From assembly GCA_947165345.1 (NCBI GenBank), contig CAMVAA010000001.1, forward strand, positions 1 to 53,486: 53,486 nt of DNA, given 5' to 3'. The translations under genes and the position numbers were made by a program. Under the pieces are notes generated by a model that worked only from the letters and a program-made list of their open reading frames with translations, searched no databases and was not told the DNA's origin. The DNA is from an uncultured Bacteroidales bacterium. Lineage in GTDB: Bacteria > Bacteroidota > Bacteroidia > Bacteroidales > P3. Below are positions 16,966 to 26,481 of the stretch, in pieces (position 1 is the stretch's first letter; each line of letters begins with the position of its first letter).

Positions 16966-19900
16966 CTATTTCACCACCACAATCCTGCGTGCGGCGTGGT
17001 TGCCGATGCGGACAAGGTAGGTCCCCGACACGGGCACGTCGAAGCGCACGGCGTCGTAGTCGTCGCGCCGCAGGGCCACCTGGCGGCCCACAGCGTCGTA
17101 AAGCACCACCATGGCGCCCTCGGCACCCTCCACCACTATCTGGCCGTCGCGGCTGTAGAGCTTGGCGCTCAGGCCGTCCTCCACGTCGTCCAGCCCCACA
17201 TAGACGGTGTCCACCACCGTGTCGTGCACATAGATGCGCAGCGTGTCGGCATAGACCGTGTCATGGATATACACGTATTCCACCACCCGCACAGTGTCGT
17301 AGACAGTCTGCGGCACATAGACGGTGTCGTAGACCGTCTGCGGCACATAGACGGTGTCGTGCACCGTCTCCGTGACGTAGACGGTGTCCGGCGTGCACGG
17401 CTGCGGGGCCTCGCCCGCCGGGCCGAACTCGACCACCACATTGAGGTCTCTCTCGAAGAAGAGGAAGAGGTTGAACACCTCATATCCGGCGTCGGCCATG
17501 CGGTCGCCATAGCCCAACCAGTAGTGCGTGTGGCTCGTGTCGGTGTAACGGGCCATCACGTCGACGCCGTTCACATAGATGTGCTTCACCTGAGCCGCAT
17601 CGCGCTCTATGCCGAAGCTCTCGGCGGTGTCGGGGTCGAAGCTCACTATCTGGTACCTCGTGTAGTAGCCCTCCTGCACCGTCATCGTCGTGTCTCCGTA
17701 GAACCACGTGCCGGATATCGTGTTGTACATATACCCGCCTCCCTGGTTGTGCAGGCTGAGGGTGTGGTTCACCACCGGCGTCTCCTCCCACGGCGCAAAC
17801 CAGGCCTCCACCGTGTGGTCGGCATCGAAGTAGAGGTAGTTGTACGTGTAGCCTATGGTGCCGTCCTCGTGGTGGTTCACAGTGAGGCGGCTGTCGCTGC
17901 CGTCTATGGCTATCGTCTCGCCGTCTATGGCCAGTCCCACAAGCATCGTGCTGTCCGTGCCGAAGCCGTAGGCCGCCGCCTGGGCTCCCGGCATGCTGAA
18001 GATGCGCAGACTGATATAGTCGCTCGCCGTGCCGCTAAGCACGTTCACGTTCTGCGTGAAGTAGCCGTAGCCCTGGTACGTCTGGTCGTCCATATATCCA
18101 CGTCCGTGGTTGAAGACGGTGATGGTGTGCTGCTCGGGCACGTAGCTGCTGTCCGTCCCGTACACGAAGCGCAGCGTGTGGTCGGCATCGGTCCTGATGC
18201 TCAGCAGGTAGACCATATAGCCGTCCTCGGCCATGTAGTCGTAGCTCCTGAGGATATACACGCTGTTGCTGTCGTCGGCCAGCGTCACCTCCGCGCCGTC
18301 TACGTAGAAGTGCTGCAACTGGTAGTTCTCCCAGCCATACTCAAGACCCGTCTCGGGTGCGAAGCTGTAGAACACCAGGTTGAGCCAGCCTCCCGCATAC
18401 CGCGTGAAAGTGGTGTCGAAGTAGCGCTCGTTGGTCGAGTAGTTGCGCACCAGTCCGCGGCCCTCGTTGTTGATGGTGATGGTGTGCGCCTCGCCCAGGG
18501 TGCGTACGTTCTCCGTGGTGGTCTGCGGGCCCTCAGGGCACAGCCTCGCCACCACCAGCAGATAGTCCGTCAGCGGCTGCAGGTCGTGGAACTCGTAGTA
18601 GTTCCCGTCCGTCACGCTGTCGTGGGCCACCAGCTGCTCGCCAAGGTAGAGGTACAGGTAGTACGTCACCCCGCTCTCCTCCGGCATGTCCCACATGGTG
18701 GCAAAGCCCTCGTCGGTGGTGTTGCCCCAGATGAGGTTCTGCGGTGCCACACACTCCGCCGTCACCGTGGTGTCGCCGCCCGGCACAACCGTGGTGTCCG
18801 TCTGCGCGGGCGCGAAGATGGCCGTCACCGTGTGGTTGGCGTCGAAGGTCATTTCGTAGAGGTACATGATATAGCCATCCTGCTGGTAGGCGTCCATCTC
18901 CGCCTCCTGCCCGTCGACGTATAGGCTCTGGAACACCTCGGCTCCCTCGGGAGCATAGCCCGCGCCCTGGTCGGTCATCGTCCGCACCAGCAGCATGGCA
19001 CCATCATAGCCGTTCAAAGTGTCAAGCCCCGTTACCGTCACGAACTGTCCATTGTCGGTCCTGTACTGCATGAAGCCGCCGCCCTGGTTCTCGAAGACCA
19101 CGCTGTGCATATCGCCATAGGTCGTGAACTCGTAGCTCGCAACGCCGCAGGCGTTGGTCACCGCCACCTGGTAGGTGCTGTTGGCCGTCAGGCCTTCGAA
19201 CGTGCAGTAGTGGTAGTTGCCCGACGTGGAATACTGCGGCTCTATACTCAGCGCCACTCCGTCCTGGCTGATGCTGACGCTGAATTCGTCGTGCCCGTTT
19301 GGGTCGGCTATCCACCGCAGGGTGGCATACGTATTGCCCGTCACCTCGGTCGTCAGGCCCTGCGCCACGTCGCAGACGCTGGCGTCAGCATAGGGGCCGT
19401 AGCTGAACACCAGGGTGTGCGGTGCATCGAAGCTCACTGCCATCTCATAGTATATGTATCCCGTCGTGCCCATCAGGTCGCCCACCGTGACGCGGCTGTC
19501 CGTGCCGTCGATGGCCACCTGCTCGCCGTCCATCAGTATGCTGTTCAGGCGCGAACCGGGGTAGTTCGCCGTGTCGTAGTAGGAACTGACCGGACTGGCC
19601 GTGATGGTCTGTATCCACAACGACTGTCCAGGCACCCCGGTAAACGTGGCCGTATCGCCACCCATCAAGTACCACGACTCGTAGTCGTTGCTGTAGATAA
19701 GGAATCCTCCGCCGTCGTTGACCACAGTGACAACATTGATATTGGTGTCCACCGGCGCCAGCTCCCACGGCGCAAACCAGGCCTCCACCGTGTGGTCGGC
19801 GTCGAAGTAGAGGTAGTTGTACGTGTAGCCTATGGTGCCGTCCTCGTGGTGGTTCACAGTGAGGCGGCTGTCGCTGCCGTCTATGGCTATCGTCTCGCCG

Positions 19901-22900
19901 TCTATGGCCAGTCCCACAAGCATCGTGCTGTCCGTGCCGAAGCCGTAGGCCGCCGCCTGGGCTCCCGGCATGCTGAAGATGCGCAGACTGATATAGTCGC
20001 TCGCCGTGCCGCTAAGCACGTTCACGTTCTGCGTGAAGTAGCCGTAGCCCTGGTACGTCTGGTCGTCCATATATCCACGTCCGTGGTTGAAGACGGTGAT
20101 GGTGTGCTGCTCGGGCACGTAGCTGCTGTCCGTCCCGTACACGAAGCGCAGCGTGTGGTCGGCATCGGTCCTGATGCTCAGCAGGTAGACCATATAGCCG
20201 TCCTCGGCCATGTAGTCGTAGCTCCTGAGGATATACACGCTGTTGCTGTCGTCGGCCAGCGTCACCTCCGCGCCGTCTACGTAGAAGTGCTGCAACTGGT
20301 AGTTCTCCCAGCCATACTCAAGACCCGTCTCGGGTGCGAAGCTGTAGAACACCAGGTTGAGCCAGCCTCCCGCATACCGCGTGAAAGTGGTGTCGAAGTA
20401 GCGCTCGTTGGTCGAGTAGTTGCGCACCAGTCCGCGGCCCTCGTTGTTGATGGTGATGGTGTGCGCCTCGCCCAGGGTGCGTACGTTCTCCGTGGTGGTC
20501 TGCGGGCCCTCAGGGCACAGCCTCGCCACCACCAGCAGATAGTCCGTCAGCGGCTGCAGGTCGTGGAACTCGTAGTAGTTCCCGTCCGTCACGCTGTCGT
20601 GGGCCACCAGCTGCTCGCCAAGGTAGAGGTACAGGTAGTACGTCACCCCGCTCTCCTCCGGCATGTCCCACATGGTGGCAAAGCCCTCGTCGGTGGTGTT
20701 GCCCCAGATGAGGTTCTGCGGTGCCACACACTCCGCCGTCACCGTGGTGTCGCCGCCCGGCACAACCGTGGTGTCCGTCTGCGCGGGCGCGAAGATGGCC
20801 GTCACCGTGTGGTTGGCGTCGAAGGTCATTTCGTAGAGGTACATGATATAGCCATCCTGCTGGTAGGCGTCCATCTCCGCCTCCTGCCCGTCGACGTATA
20901 GGCTCTGGAACACCTCGGCTCCCTCGGGAGCATAGCCCGCGCCCTGGTCGGTCATCGTCCGCACCAGCAGCATGGCACCATCATAGCCGTTCAAAGTGTC
21001 AAGCCCCGTTACCGTCACGAACTGTCCATTGTCGGTCCTGTACTGCATGAAGCCGCCGCCCTGGTTCTCGAAGACCACGCTGTGCATATCGCCATAGGTC
21101 GTGAACTCGTAGCTCGCAACGCCGCAGGCGTTGGTCACCGCCACCTGGTAGGTGCTGTTGGCCGTCAGGCCTTCGAACGTGCAGTAGTGGTAGTTGCCCG
21201 ACGTGGAATACTGCGGCTCTATACTCAGCGCCACTCCGTCCTGGCTGATGCTGACGCTGAATTCGTCGTGCCCGTTTGGGTCGGCTATCCACCGCAGGGT
21301 GGCATACGTATTGCCCGTCACCTCGGTCGTCAGGCCCTGCGCCACGTCGCAGACGCTGGCGTCAGCATAGGGGCCGTAGCTGAACACCAGGGTGTGCGGT
21401 GCATCGAAGCTCACTGCCATCTCATAGTATATGTATCCCGTCGTGCCCATCAGGTCGCCCACCGTGACGCGGCTGTCCGTGCCGTCGATGGCCACCTGCT
21501 CGCCGTCCATCAGTATGCTGTTCAGGCGCGAACCGGGGTAGTTCGCCGTGTCGTAGTAGGAACTGACCGGACTGGCCGTGATGGTCTGTATCCACAACGA
21601 CTGTCCAGGCACCCCGGTAAACGTGGCCGTATCGCCACCCATCAAGTACCACGACTCGTAGTCGTTGCTGTAGATAAGGAATCCTCCGCCGTCGTTGACC
21701 ACGGTGATGGTATTGATGTTGGTATCGGTCTCCACAGGCGTACTGCCACCCTGGTCGCCACAGAGGTATCCGGTCTGCGTGGCGTTAATCACTTGGCGCT
21801 GCCGCACGCCGTCGCCGTACTCGCTCACGAAGGCCACCAAACGGCAGTGCGAGGCATCCCACTCTGCCGGCAAGGTGTAGTTGTACAGCGCCGCGGCATG
21901 CCCGTTGCTGACGCTCAGCTCGTCACCCCAGGTGCCGGTGATGGCGCCGCGCACCACGTTGTTGTGCACATAGTCGCTAATCGTGGCACCGCCGGTCGAG
22001 GCCTGACTGCCCACGATGCCGTCCTCCACAATGTAGAGGTTGATGCGCGGGTTGTTGATGTCGCTCAGCAGCTCCACATCAATGGCGGCCATCAGCACGC
22101 GCGTAGTCGTATCATAGACAAAGGTGCTCACACTCACCGAGCCGAAGGCCGGCCTCTGCAAGGCGGCAGGTATATTGGTCTCTGCATTGCCGTAGCTACC
22201 CACCACCCCATCGTCGTTAGTGCTGTGCACATTCTCCTCATTGCGGTCTATGGCCAGTGCCGGAGCCCACGACGAGCTGCCGAACAGCTCCACCATCGAC
22301 TGCGAGATCTCCGAGGTCATACTGTCGGTATTGTATCCCGAATGGTGCGTAATCCACACCACATTGTCAGCGTATGGAGCCACCGCTCCGGCAATAAGTT
22401 GGTCTCCGGTGGGGCCATACGGGGTCAAGGCAGTGTTGAACAGCTCCACCAGCGCGGTGCGCTCGACGGTCTGGGCGGGGTCATACACCGTGGTCGTGGC
22501 TACAGCAGCGTTGTCGCTCGCATCAGGGTCGGCATTGCCGTTAGGCAGCAGCACCGTGGCAGAGATATTCAGCGTCCCCAAAGCCGTTGCCGGCACATAG
22601 ACAATGTAGTATTCCTCCTCGTAGGGCGACAGCATGCATGTCATTACACCCTGCACCGTATCGCTGCCGGCCACCACGACATACGTGAACGAATTGAGCA
22701 TCCCCGCGCCGGTGTTGCGCACCCGCAGCTGGACGGCGATCTCCTCCCCTTGGGGGACATGGCTCGGCACCAAAACATGCATCAACTCGATGCCGTCGCC
22801 CGCAAACTCGCCCACCTGTATGTTGTCTATCTCGCCATAGTAGCCGTCACCGTAGTTGACGAACGCCAGGTAGACCGTCTGACCCGCATAGGCCGCGAGC

Positions 22901-23361
22901 GAGGTCATGTGGGTAGCGTCCCCGGCCGCCACGGCCGATATGTCGTACAGCAGCACGAAGTCTTCCTTCGCGGTGCCCGTGGTGCTCACCATCACCTTGT
23001 ACTGCTCCGGGTAGCTGTCGTCATAACCCCACGTGTCGAACTTGAGCCTCGGGTTCCCGCCCGCCGGCAGCGCGATGGCAGGCGTCACCATCCACCGGTC
23101 GCTCGCCACCGCATCCGCCTTCCACGATATGGACAGGGCCCTCTTCGACAGATCCTCGAAGTCGTACACCTGCCAGCTGTCGCCGAAACTGGCATAATTG
23201 GAATGATTGGCCATCCCGTCGCCGTAGACAATCCAGCCTTCCGGCATCTGGCCCACAGCCGTGGTCTCAAAGTCTTCCGTGAAGACCAGGTTGCCCTGCG
23301 CCCTCATGGGCATGACGACAGCCATCAAGGCCGCCGCCATAATCAGTAGTCTCTTTTTCAT
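16966..23361 (-). CDS. Giant (2131-aa) T9SS-secreted multi-repeat surface protein: choice-of-anchor-J-like N-domain, Omp28-like domain, repeated ~130-170-aa modules and FN3-like domains, C-terminal sorting domain
   Basis: Start set at ATG 23361 (MKKRLLIMAAALMAVVMPMRAQ). The track ORF extends to 23451. The N-terminus ..FTEDFE....MPEGW...D......W is choice-of-anchor-J/cleaved-adhesin-like. Modules end in FDA(P/N/D)HT. C-terminus ..LYSRDGQIVVEGAEGAMVVLYDAVGRQV....GTYLVRIGNHAARRIVVVK is a CTD. Confidence 0.85.
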   Translation of the reverse strand: MKKRLLIMAAALMAVVMPMRAQGNLVFTEDFETTAVGQMPEGWIVYGDGMANHSNYASFGDSWQVYDFEDLSKRALSISWKADAVASDRWMVTPAIALPAGGNPRLKFDTWGYDDSYPEQYKVMVSTTGTAKEDFVLLYDISAVAAGDATHMTSLAAYAGQTVYLAFVNYGDGYYGEIDNIQVGEFAGDGIELMHVLVPSHVPQGEEIAVQLRVRNTGAGMLNSFTYVVVAGSDTVQGVMTCMLSPYEEEYYIVYVPATALGTLNISATVLLPNGNADPDASDNAAVATTTVYDPAQTVERTALVELFNTALTPYGPTGDQLIAGAVAPYADNVVWITHHSGYNTDSMTSEISQSMVELFGSSSWAPALAIDRNEENVHSTNDDGVVGSYGNAETNIPAALQRPAFGSVSVSTFVYDTTTRVLMAAIDVELLSDINNPRINLYIVEDGIVGSQASTGGATISDYVHNNVVRGAITGTWGDELSVSNGHAAALYNYTLPAEWDASHCRLVAFVSEYGDGVRQRQVINATQTGYLCGDQGGSTPVETDTNINTITVVNDGGGFLIYSNDYESWYLMGGDTATFTGVPGQSLWIQTITASPVSSYYDTANYPGSRLNSILMDGEQVAIDGTDSRVTVGDLMGTTGYIYYEMAVSFDAPHTLVFSYGPYADASVCDVAQGLTTEVTGNTYATLRWIADPNGHDEFSVSISQDGVALSIEPQYSTSGNYHYCTFEGLTANSTYQVAVTNACGVASYEFTTYGDMHSVVFENQGGGFMQYRTDNGQFVTVTGLDTLNGYDGAMLLVRTMTDQGAGYAPEGAEVFQSLYVDGQEAEMDAYQQDGYIMYLYEMTFDANHTVTAIFAPAQTDTTVVPGGDTTVTAECVAPQNLIWGNTTDEGFATMWDMPEESGVTYYLYLYLGEQLVAHDSVTDGNYYEFHDLQPLTDYLLVVARLCPEGPQTTTENVRTLGEAHTITINNEGRGLVRNYSTNERYFDTTFTRYAGGWLNLVFYSFAPETGLEYGWENYQLQHFYVDGAEVTLADDSNSVYILRSYDYMAEDGYMVYLLSIRTDADHTLRFVYGTDSSYVPEQHTITVFNHGRGYMDDQTYQGYGYFTQNVNVLSGTASDYISLRIFSMPGAQAAAYGFGTDSTMLVGLAIDGETIAIDGSDSRLTVNHHEDGTIGYTYNYLYFDADHTVEAWFAPWELAPVDTNINVVTVVNDGGGFLIYSNDYESWYLMGGDTATFTGVPGQSLWIQTITASPVSSYYDTANYPGSRLNSILMDGEQVAIDGTDSRVTVGDLMGTTGYIYYEMAVSFDAPHTLVFSYGPYADASVCDVAQGLTTEVTGNTYATLRWIADPNGHDEFSVSISQDGVALSIEPQYSTSGNYHYCTFEGLTANSTYQVAVTNACGVASYEFTTYGDMHSVVFENQGGGFMQYRTDNGQFVTVTGLDTLNGYDGAMLLVRTMTDQGAGYAPEGAEVFQSLYVDGQEAEMDAYQQDGYIMYLYEMTFDANHTVTAIFAPAQTDTTVVPGGDTTVTAECVAPQNLIWGNTTDEGFATMWDMPEESGVTYYLYLYLGEQLVAHDSVTDGNYYEFHDLQPLTDYLLVVARLCPEGPQTTTENVRTLGEAHTITINNEGRGLVRNYSTNERYFDTTFTRYAGGWLNLVFYSFAPETGLEYGWENYQLQHFYVDGAEVTLADDSNSVYILRSYDYMAEDGYMVYLLSIRTDADHTLRFVYGTDSSYVPEQHTITVFNHGRGYMDDQTYQGYGYFTQNVNVLSGTASDYISLRIFSMPGAQAAAYGFGTDSTMLVGLAIDGETIAIDGSDSRLTVNHHEDGTIGYTYNYLYFDADHTVEAWFAPWEETPVVNHTLSLHNQGGGYMYNTISGTWFYGDTTMTVQEGYYTRYQIVSFDPDTAESFGIERDAAQVKHIYVNGVDVMARYTDTSHTHYWLGYGDRMADAGYEVFNLFLFFERDLNVVVEFGPAGEAPQPCTPDTVYVTETVHDTVYVPQTVYDTVYVPQTVYDTVRVVEYVYIHDTVYADTLRIYVHDTVVDTVYVGLDDVEDGLSAKLYSRDGQIVVEGAEGAMVVLYDAVGRQVALRRDDYDAVRFDVPVSGTYLVRIGNHAARRIVVVK
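17785..21738. repeat. Near-perfect tandem duplication, 2 x 1977 bp (659 codons each), inside the giant adhesin gene
   Basis: 17785.. aligns with 19762.. at offset 1977. Only one mismatch was noticed (17824 a vs 19801 g) until the copies diverge after ~19728/21705. Antisense track ORFs are duplicated exactly (18533-18754 = 20510-20731; 19022-19315 = 20999-21292). Confidence 0.9.
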
Positions 23362-23590
23362 ATTGTGTGTATTTAATGGATATTGTGTATCTAATTGGTT
23401 GTCAGTCCATCCACAAATAAGGTAGAGAACTTCGACAATGCAAACATACAAACATTATCCTATTAAAGCAATGTCAAAGGATTATTTAACATTATTTAAC
23501 ACACCGGCAGGCCACCCCTAACAGGCTCATTCTGCCGCCTTTACACAATATAATATCTTAAACCGCTGCTACACAGCATCTTCACCGCAG

Positions 23591-23629
23591 CCTCTCTACC
23601 CCCTCTCTACCCCCTCTCTACCCCCTCTC
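23591..23629. repeat. R1 repeat copy (3.5 x ctctaccccct)
   Basis: cctctctaccccctctctaccccctctctaccccctctc followed by ggggg. Lies between the EamA gene stop and the adhesin gene start. Confidence 0.9.
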
Positions 23630-23643
23630 GGGGGTCGTCGGGC

Positions 23644-24549
23644 CTATCGGCGCGCCTTGCCGAGCACCGCAAGGACTACAGCCGTCAGTATTAGTACTAT
23701 GCCAAGCACTAACCGTCCCGAGAAAGGCTCGCCGAACACCAGCACACCTATGACGACGGCCGTCGTGGGCTCCAGCGCCCCAAGTATGGCCGTCGGCGTG
23801 GAACCGAGGTACTTGGCGGCATAGACCATCATCACCAGCGCCATAATCGCCGGCACCACAGCCAGCCACGACACCCACAGCCACGCAGTCGGCGTCGGCG
23901 GCAGCTGCAGCGGCTGCCCGCTCACCAGCGCGTACAGGGCCATGCCCGCAGCGCAATAGAAAAGCACATAGAAATTAATCTTGAACGACGACATCTGCAG
24001 CGGCGACTTGTCGACGACAATAATGTACAGCGCGTATGTGAGCGCCGACACCAGCACCAGCACCACCCCGCCCAGGCTCAGCGTCCCTCCGTCGGCGTCG
24101 CCCCAGTAGAGGAGCAGCACGCCCGCCAGCGAAAGCACTATGGCCAGCACCGTGGCCACACTGATGCGCTCGCGGAAGAAGAACGCCATGATGGCCGCCG
24201 TCATCACCGGATACGTGAAGAGAATCGTCGACGCCACTCCAGCCGGCATCAGGTGGAAGCTCAGATAGAGGGTCAGCGACGAGAATATGAACAGCACCCC
24301 CAGCGCGCTGAGGGTCAGAAACTCCCTCTTCGTCACCCGCAGGCTCTCGCTGCCTCGCACGGCCTTGTAGCCCATCACGCAGGCTATAATCAGCCACGCC
24401 AATCCGAAACGGTAGAAAAGAACCGAGGGTGTGTTCATACCCTCGGCATAAAGGTTCAAGGCTCCCAGCGGATTGGTGCCGTAGCAGACCGCAGCCCCTA
24501 CGGCACACACCACTCCTATAGCCTTCTTGCTGGCACTTATCTGTTTCAA
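23644..24549 (-). CDS. EamA/DMT-family transporter
   Basis: 301 aa with about 10 hydrophobic segments in two similar halves, typical of the drug/metabolite transporter superfamily. Confidence 0.7.
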   Translation of the reverse strand: MKQISASKKAIGVVCAVGAAVCYGTNPLGALNLYAEGMNTPSVLFYRFGLAWLIIACVMGYKAVRGSESLRVTKREFLTLSALGVLFIFSSLTLYLSFHLMPAGVASTILFTYPVMTAAIMAFFFRERISVATVLAIVLSLAGVLLLYWGDADGGTLSLGGVVLVLVSALTYALYIIVVDKSPLQMSSFKINFYVLFYCAAGMALYALVSGQPLQLPPTPTAWLWVSWLAVVPAIMALVMMVYAAKYLGSTPTAILGALEPTTAVVIGVLVFGEPFSGRLVLGIVLILTAVVLAVLGKARR

Positions 24550-24624
24550 CTCTCGCTTGCTCTACTCTTGGTTTCTTACTCTCTTGTCATTCCTCGGCTC
24601 CGCTCTCACGGAGCCCCGCCTCCC

Positions 24625-26331
24625 TCAATCGGGCTGGTTGCCGTAGAGGAAGGGGTTCTTCGTCACAGTGCCGTCGGCTCGCATGCTCGTCGTCGTGGCC
24701 TCGCGCTGCGACGAGTGGCTGCCCGCGAAGAGAGCTTCGTCGCTGATTTGCTGCGTGGTCATCTGCTGCACTATGTCGGCCCCGTCGGGGTTGTTGCGCA
24801 GCATCTCGTGAATCCTGCGTATCCTCTCCGCGGCAGTGGTGATCTCATTGTCGGTGCTGAACGCCCTCGACATCACGTCGCGCGTCTCAGTCCGTGCGGC
24901 CGGCTTCGCAGCCTGCTGCACCGGAGCGGCCGTGGCGGCCGGAGCGCTGTGCTGCACCGGTGCGGCTACGGGCGTCTCCTCGCTCACGATGTGTATCTCG
25001 TCCACCATGGCGTCCACCTCGGTCTTGAAGTCTTCCACCTGGGCCTGTGCCACTCGGCGCGCCTCCTCCAGGGTGGGCTCGTCGTCGTCAAGCACGAAGA
25101 CGTGCTTCTCCGGCTTGGCGGCCGGCGTCGGCTCGGCCACCGGACGGCTCGCCGCCGGCTCGAAGGCGATGGCGGCCATCGGCTCCGCCTCCACCTGAGG
25201 CTCTGCGGGCATATCGCGGTGTATGATGACCGGCTCGTCGGCAGCCGCAGCCACAGGCTCCGCCTTCGCGGGCTCCGCGGCCTTCGGCTCCTCCTGCGGA
25301 AGCACCAGCACCTTCGGCTCCTCCACCGAGGCGTTCTTCTCGAACCCCGTGGCTATCAGTATCACCTTCAGCTCGTCGCCCAGACTCTCGTCCGGACCCG
25401 CGCCCCAGATGATGTCCGCCGTGCCGTTGGTCTTGTCAAGCACATAGTCCGTTATCTCGGCCTGCTCGTCCATCGTCATCTCGTGCTCTGTCGAGTAGGT
25501 GAAGTATAGCAGCACATTCTTCGCACCGGCAATGTCACTGTCGTCCAGCAGCACACTCGTCGTGGCCGCCTCGATGGCGTCGTGGGCCCTGTTCTCGCCG
25601 CTCCCGCTGCCAGTGCCCATAAGCGCCGTCCCGCTGTGCTCCATGACGGTGTTCACATCCTGGAAGTCGCGGTTCACGTAGGCGTTCTCCGTGATGATTT
25701 CGGCTATACCCTTGGCGGCCGTCAGCAGCACGTCGTCGGCCATGCCGAAGGCCTCGCTGATGCGCATGTTGCCGAACGAGCGCAGCTTGTCGTTGTTGAT
25801 GACGATGATGGAGTCCACATGCTTGCGGAGCTCCTCGATGCCGGCCTCGGCCTGCTCGCGGCGGCGCTTGCCCTCGAAGCTGAAGGGGCGCGTCACGATG
25901 GCCACGACAAGGATTTTCTTGTTCTCGTCGTTGTCCAGGTCTATGCTCTTGGCTATCTCGGCTATCACAGGCGCCGCTCCCGTGCCCGTGCCGCCGCCCA
26001 TACCGGCGGTGATGAAGAGCATCTGCGTATTGTGCGAGATGGCTTCGCGTATGTCGTCAGCCTTGCTCTCCGCCGCCTTGCGGGCGCGCTCCGGCTTGTT
26101 GCCAGCCCCCAGACCCAGGTCGCCCAGCGGTATCTTGTTGGGCACCGGCGAGGCGTTCAGGGCCTTCATATCGGTGTTGCAGACGATGAAGTCCACCCCC
26201 TCGATACCCTCCTTGTACATGTGGTTGACAGCATTGCCGCCACCGCCGCCTACGCCGATGACTTTGATGTAGGACGACTGCCCTTTGGGTGAATCGAAGG
26301 TGAAAAACGCGGAACTGTTGTTTTCTTCCAT
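24625..26331 (-). CDS. ftsZ: Cell division protein FtsZ, with a long P/A/E-rich C-terminal linker
   Basis: IKVIGVGGGGGNAVNHM, FITAGMGGGTGTGAAPVIA (tubulin signature). Last gene of the dcw cluster. Confidence 0.95.
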   Translation of the reverse strand: MEENNSSAFFTFDSPKGQSSYIKVIGVGGGGGNAVNHMYKEGIEGVDFIVCNTDMKALNASPVPNKIPLGDLGLGAGNKPERARKAAESKADDIREAISHNTQMLFITAGMGGGTGTGAAPVIAEIAKSIDLDNDENKKILVVAIVTRPFSFEGKRRREQAEAGIEELRKHVDSIIVINNDKLRSFGNMRISEAFGMADDVLLTAAKGIAEIITENAYVNRDFQDVNTVMEHSGTALMGTGSGSGENRAHDAIEAATTSVLLDDSDIAGAKNVLLYFTYSTEHEMTMDEQAEITDYVLDKTNGTADIIWGAGPDESLGDELKVILIATGFEKNASVEEPKVLVLPQEEPKAAEPAKAEPVAAAADEPVIIHRDMPAEPQVEAEPMAAIAFEPAASRPVAEPTPAAKPEKHVFVLDDDEPTLEEARRVAQAQVEDFKTEVDAMVDEIHIVSEETPVAAPVQHSAPAATAAPVQQAAKPAARTETRDVMSRAFSTDNEITTAAERIRRIHEMLRNNPDGADIVQQMTTQQISDEALFAGSHSSQREATTTSMRADGTVTKNPFLYGNQPD

Positions 26332-26481
26332 GTGCTTGCTTGTTTCTATCTTATTGTGTAAGATGTCGTTATCAAAAATGTACTACTGTTTTCTGCTGTG
26401 TAAAATTACTAACTTTTCGCCGTATTACGGCCGTGACGGACAATTAGTTATCAACATATTAATGCACATCCACGCCCTGCG

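Noticed and set aside
16741-23349. Plus-strand ORFs of 598-755 aa (16741-18924, 19105-20901, 21082-23349) antisense to the giant adhesin
   Set aside because: They are Arg/His/Val-rich antisense frames. They are duplicated only because the underlying adhesin DNA is duplicated, and they have no independent coding evidence.
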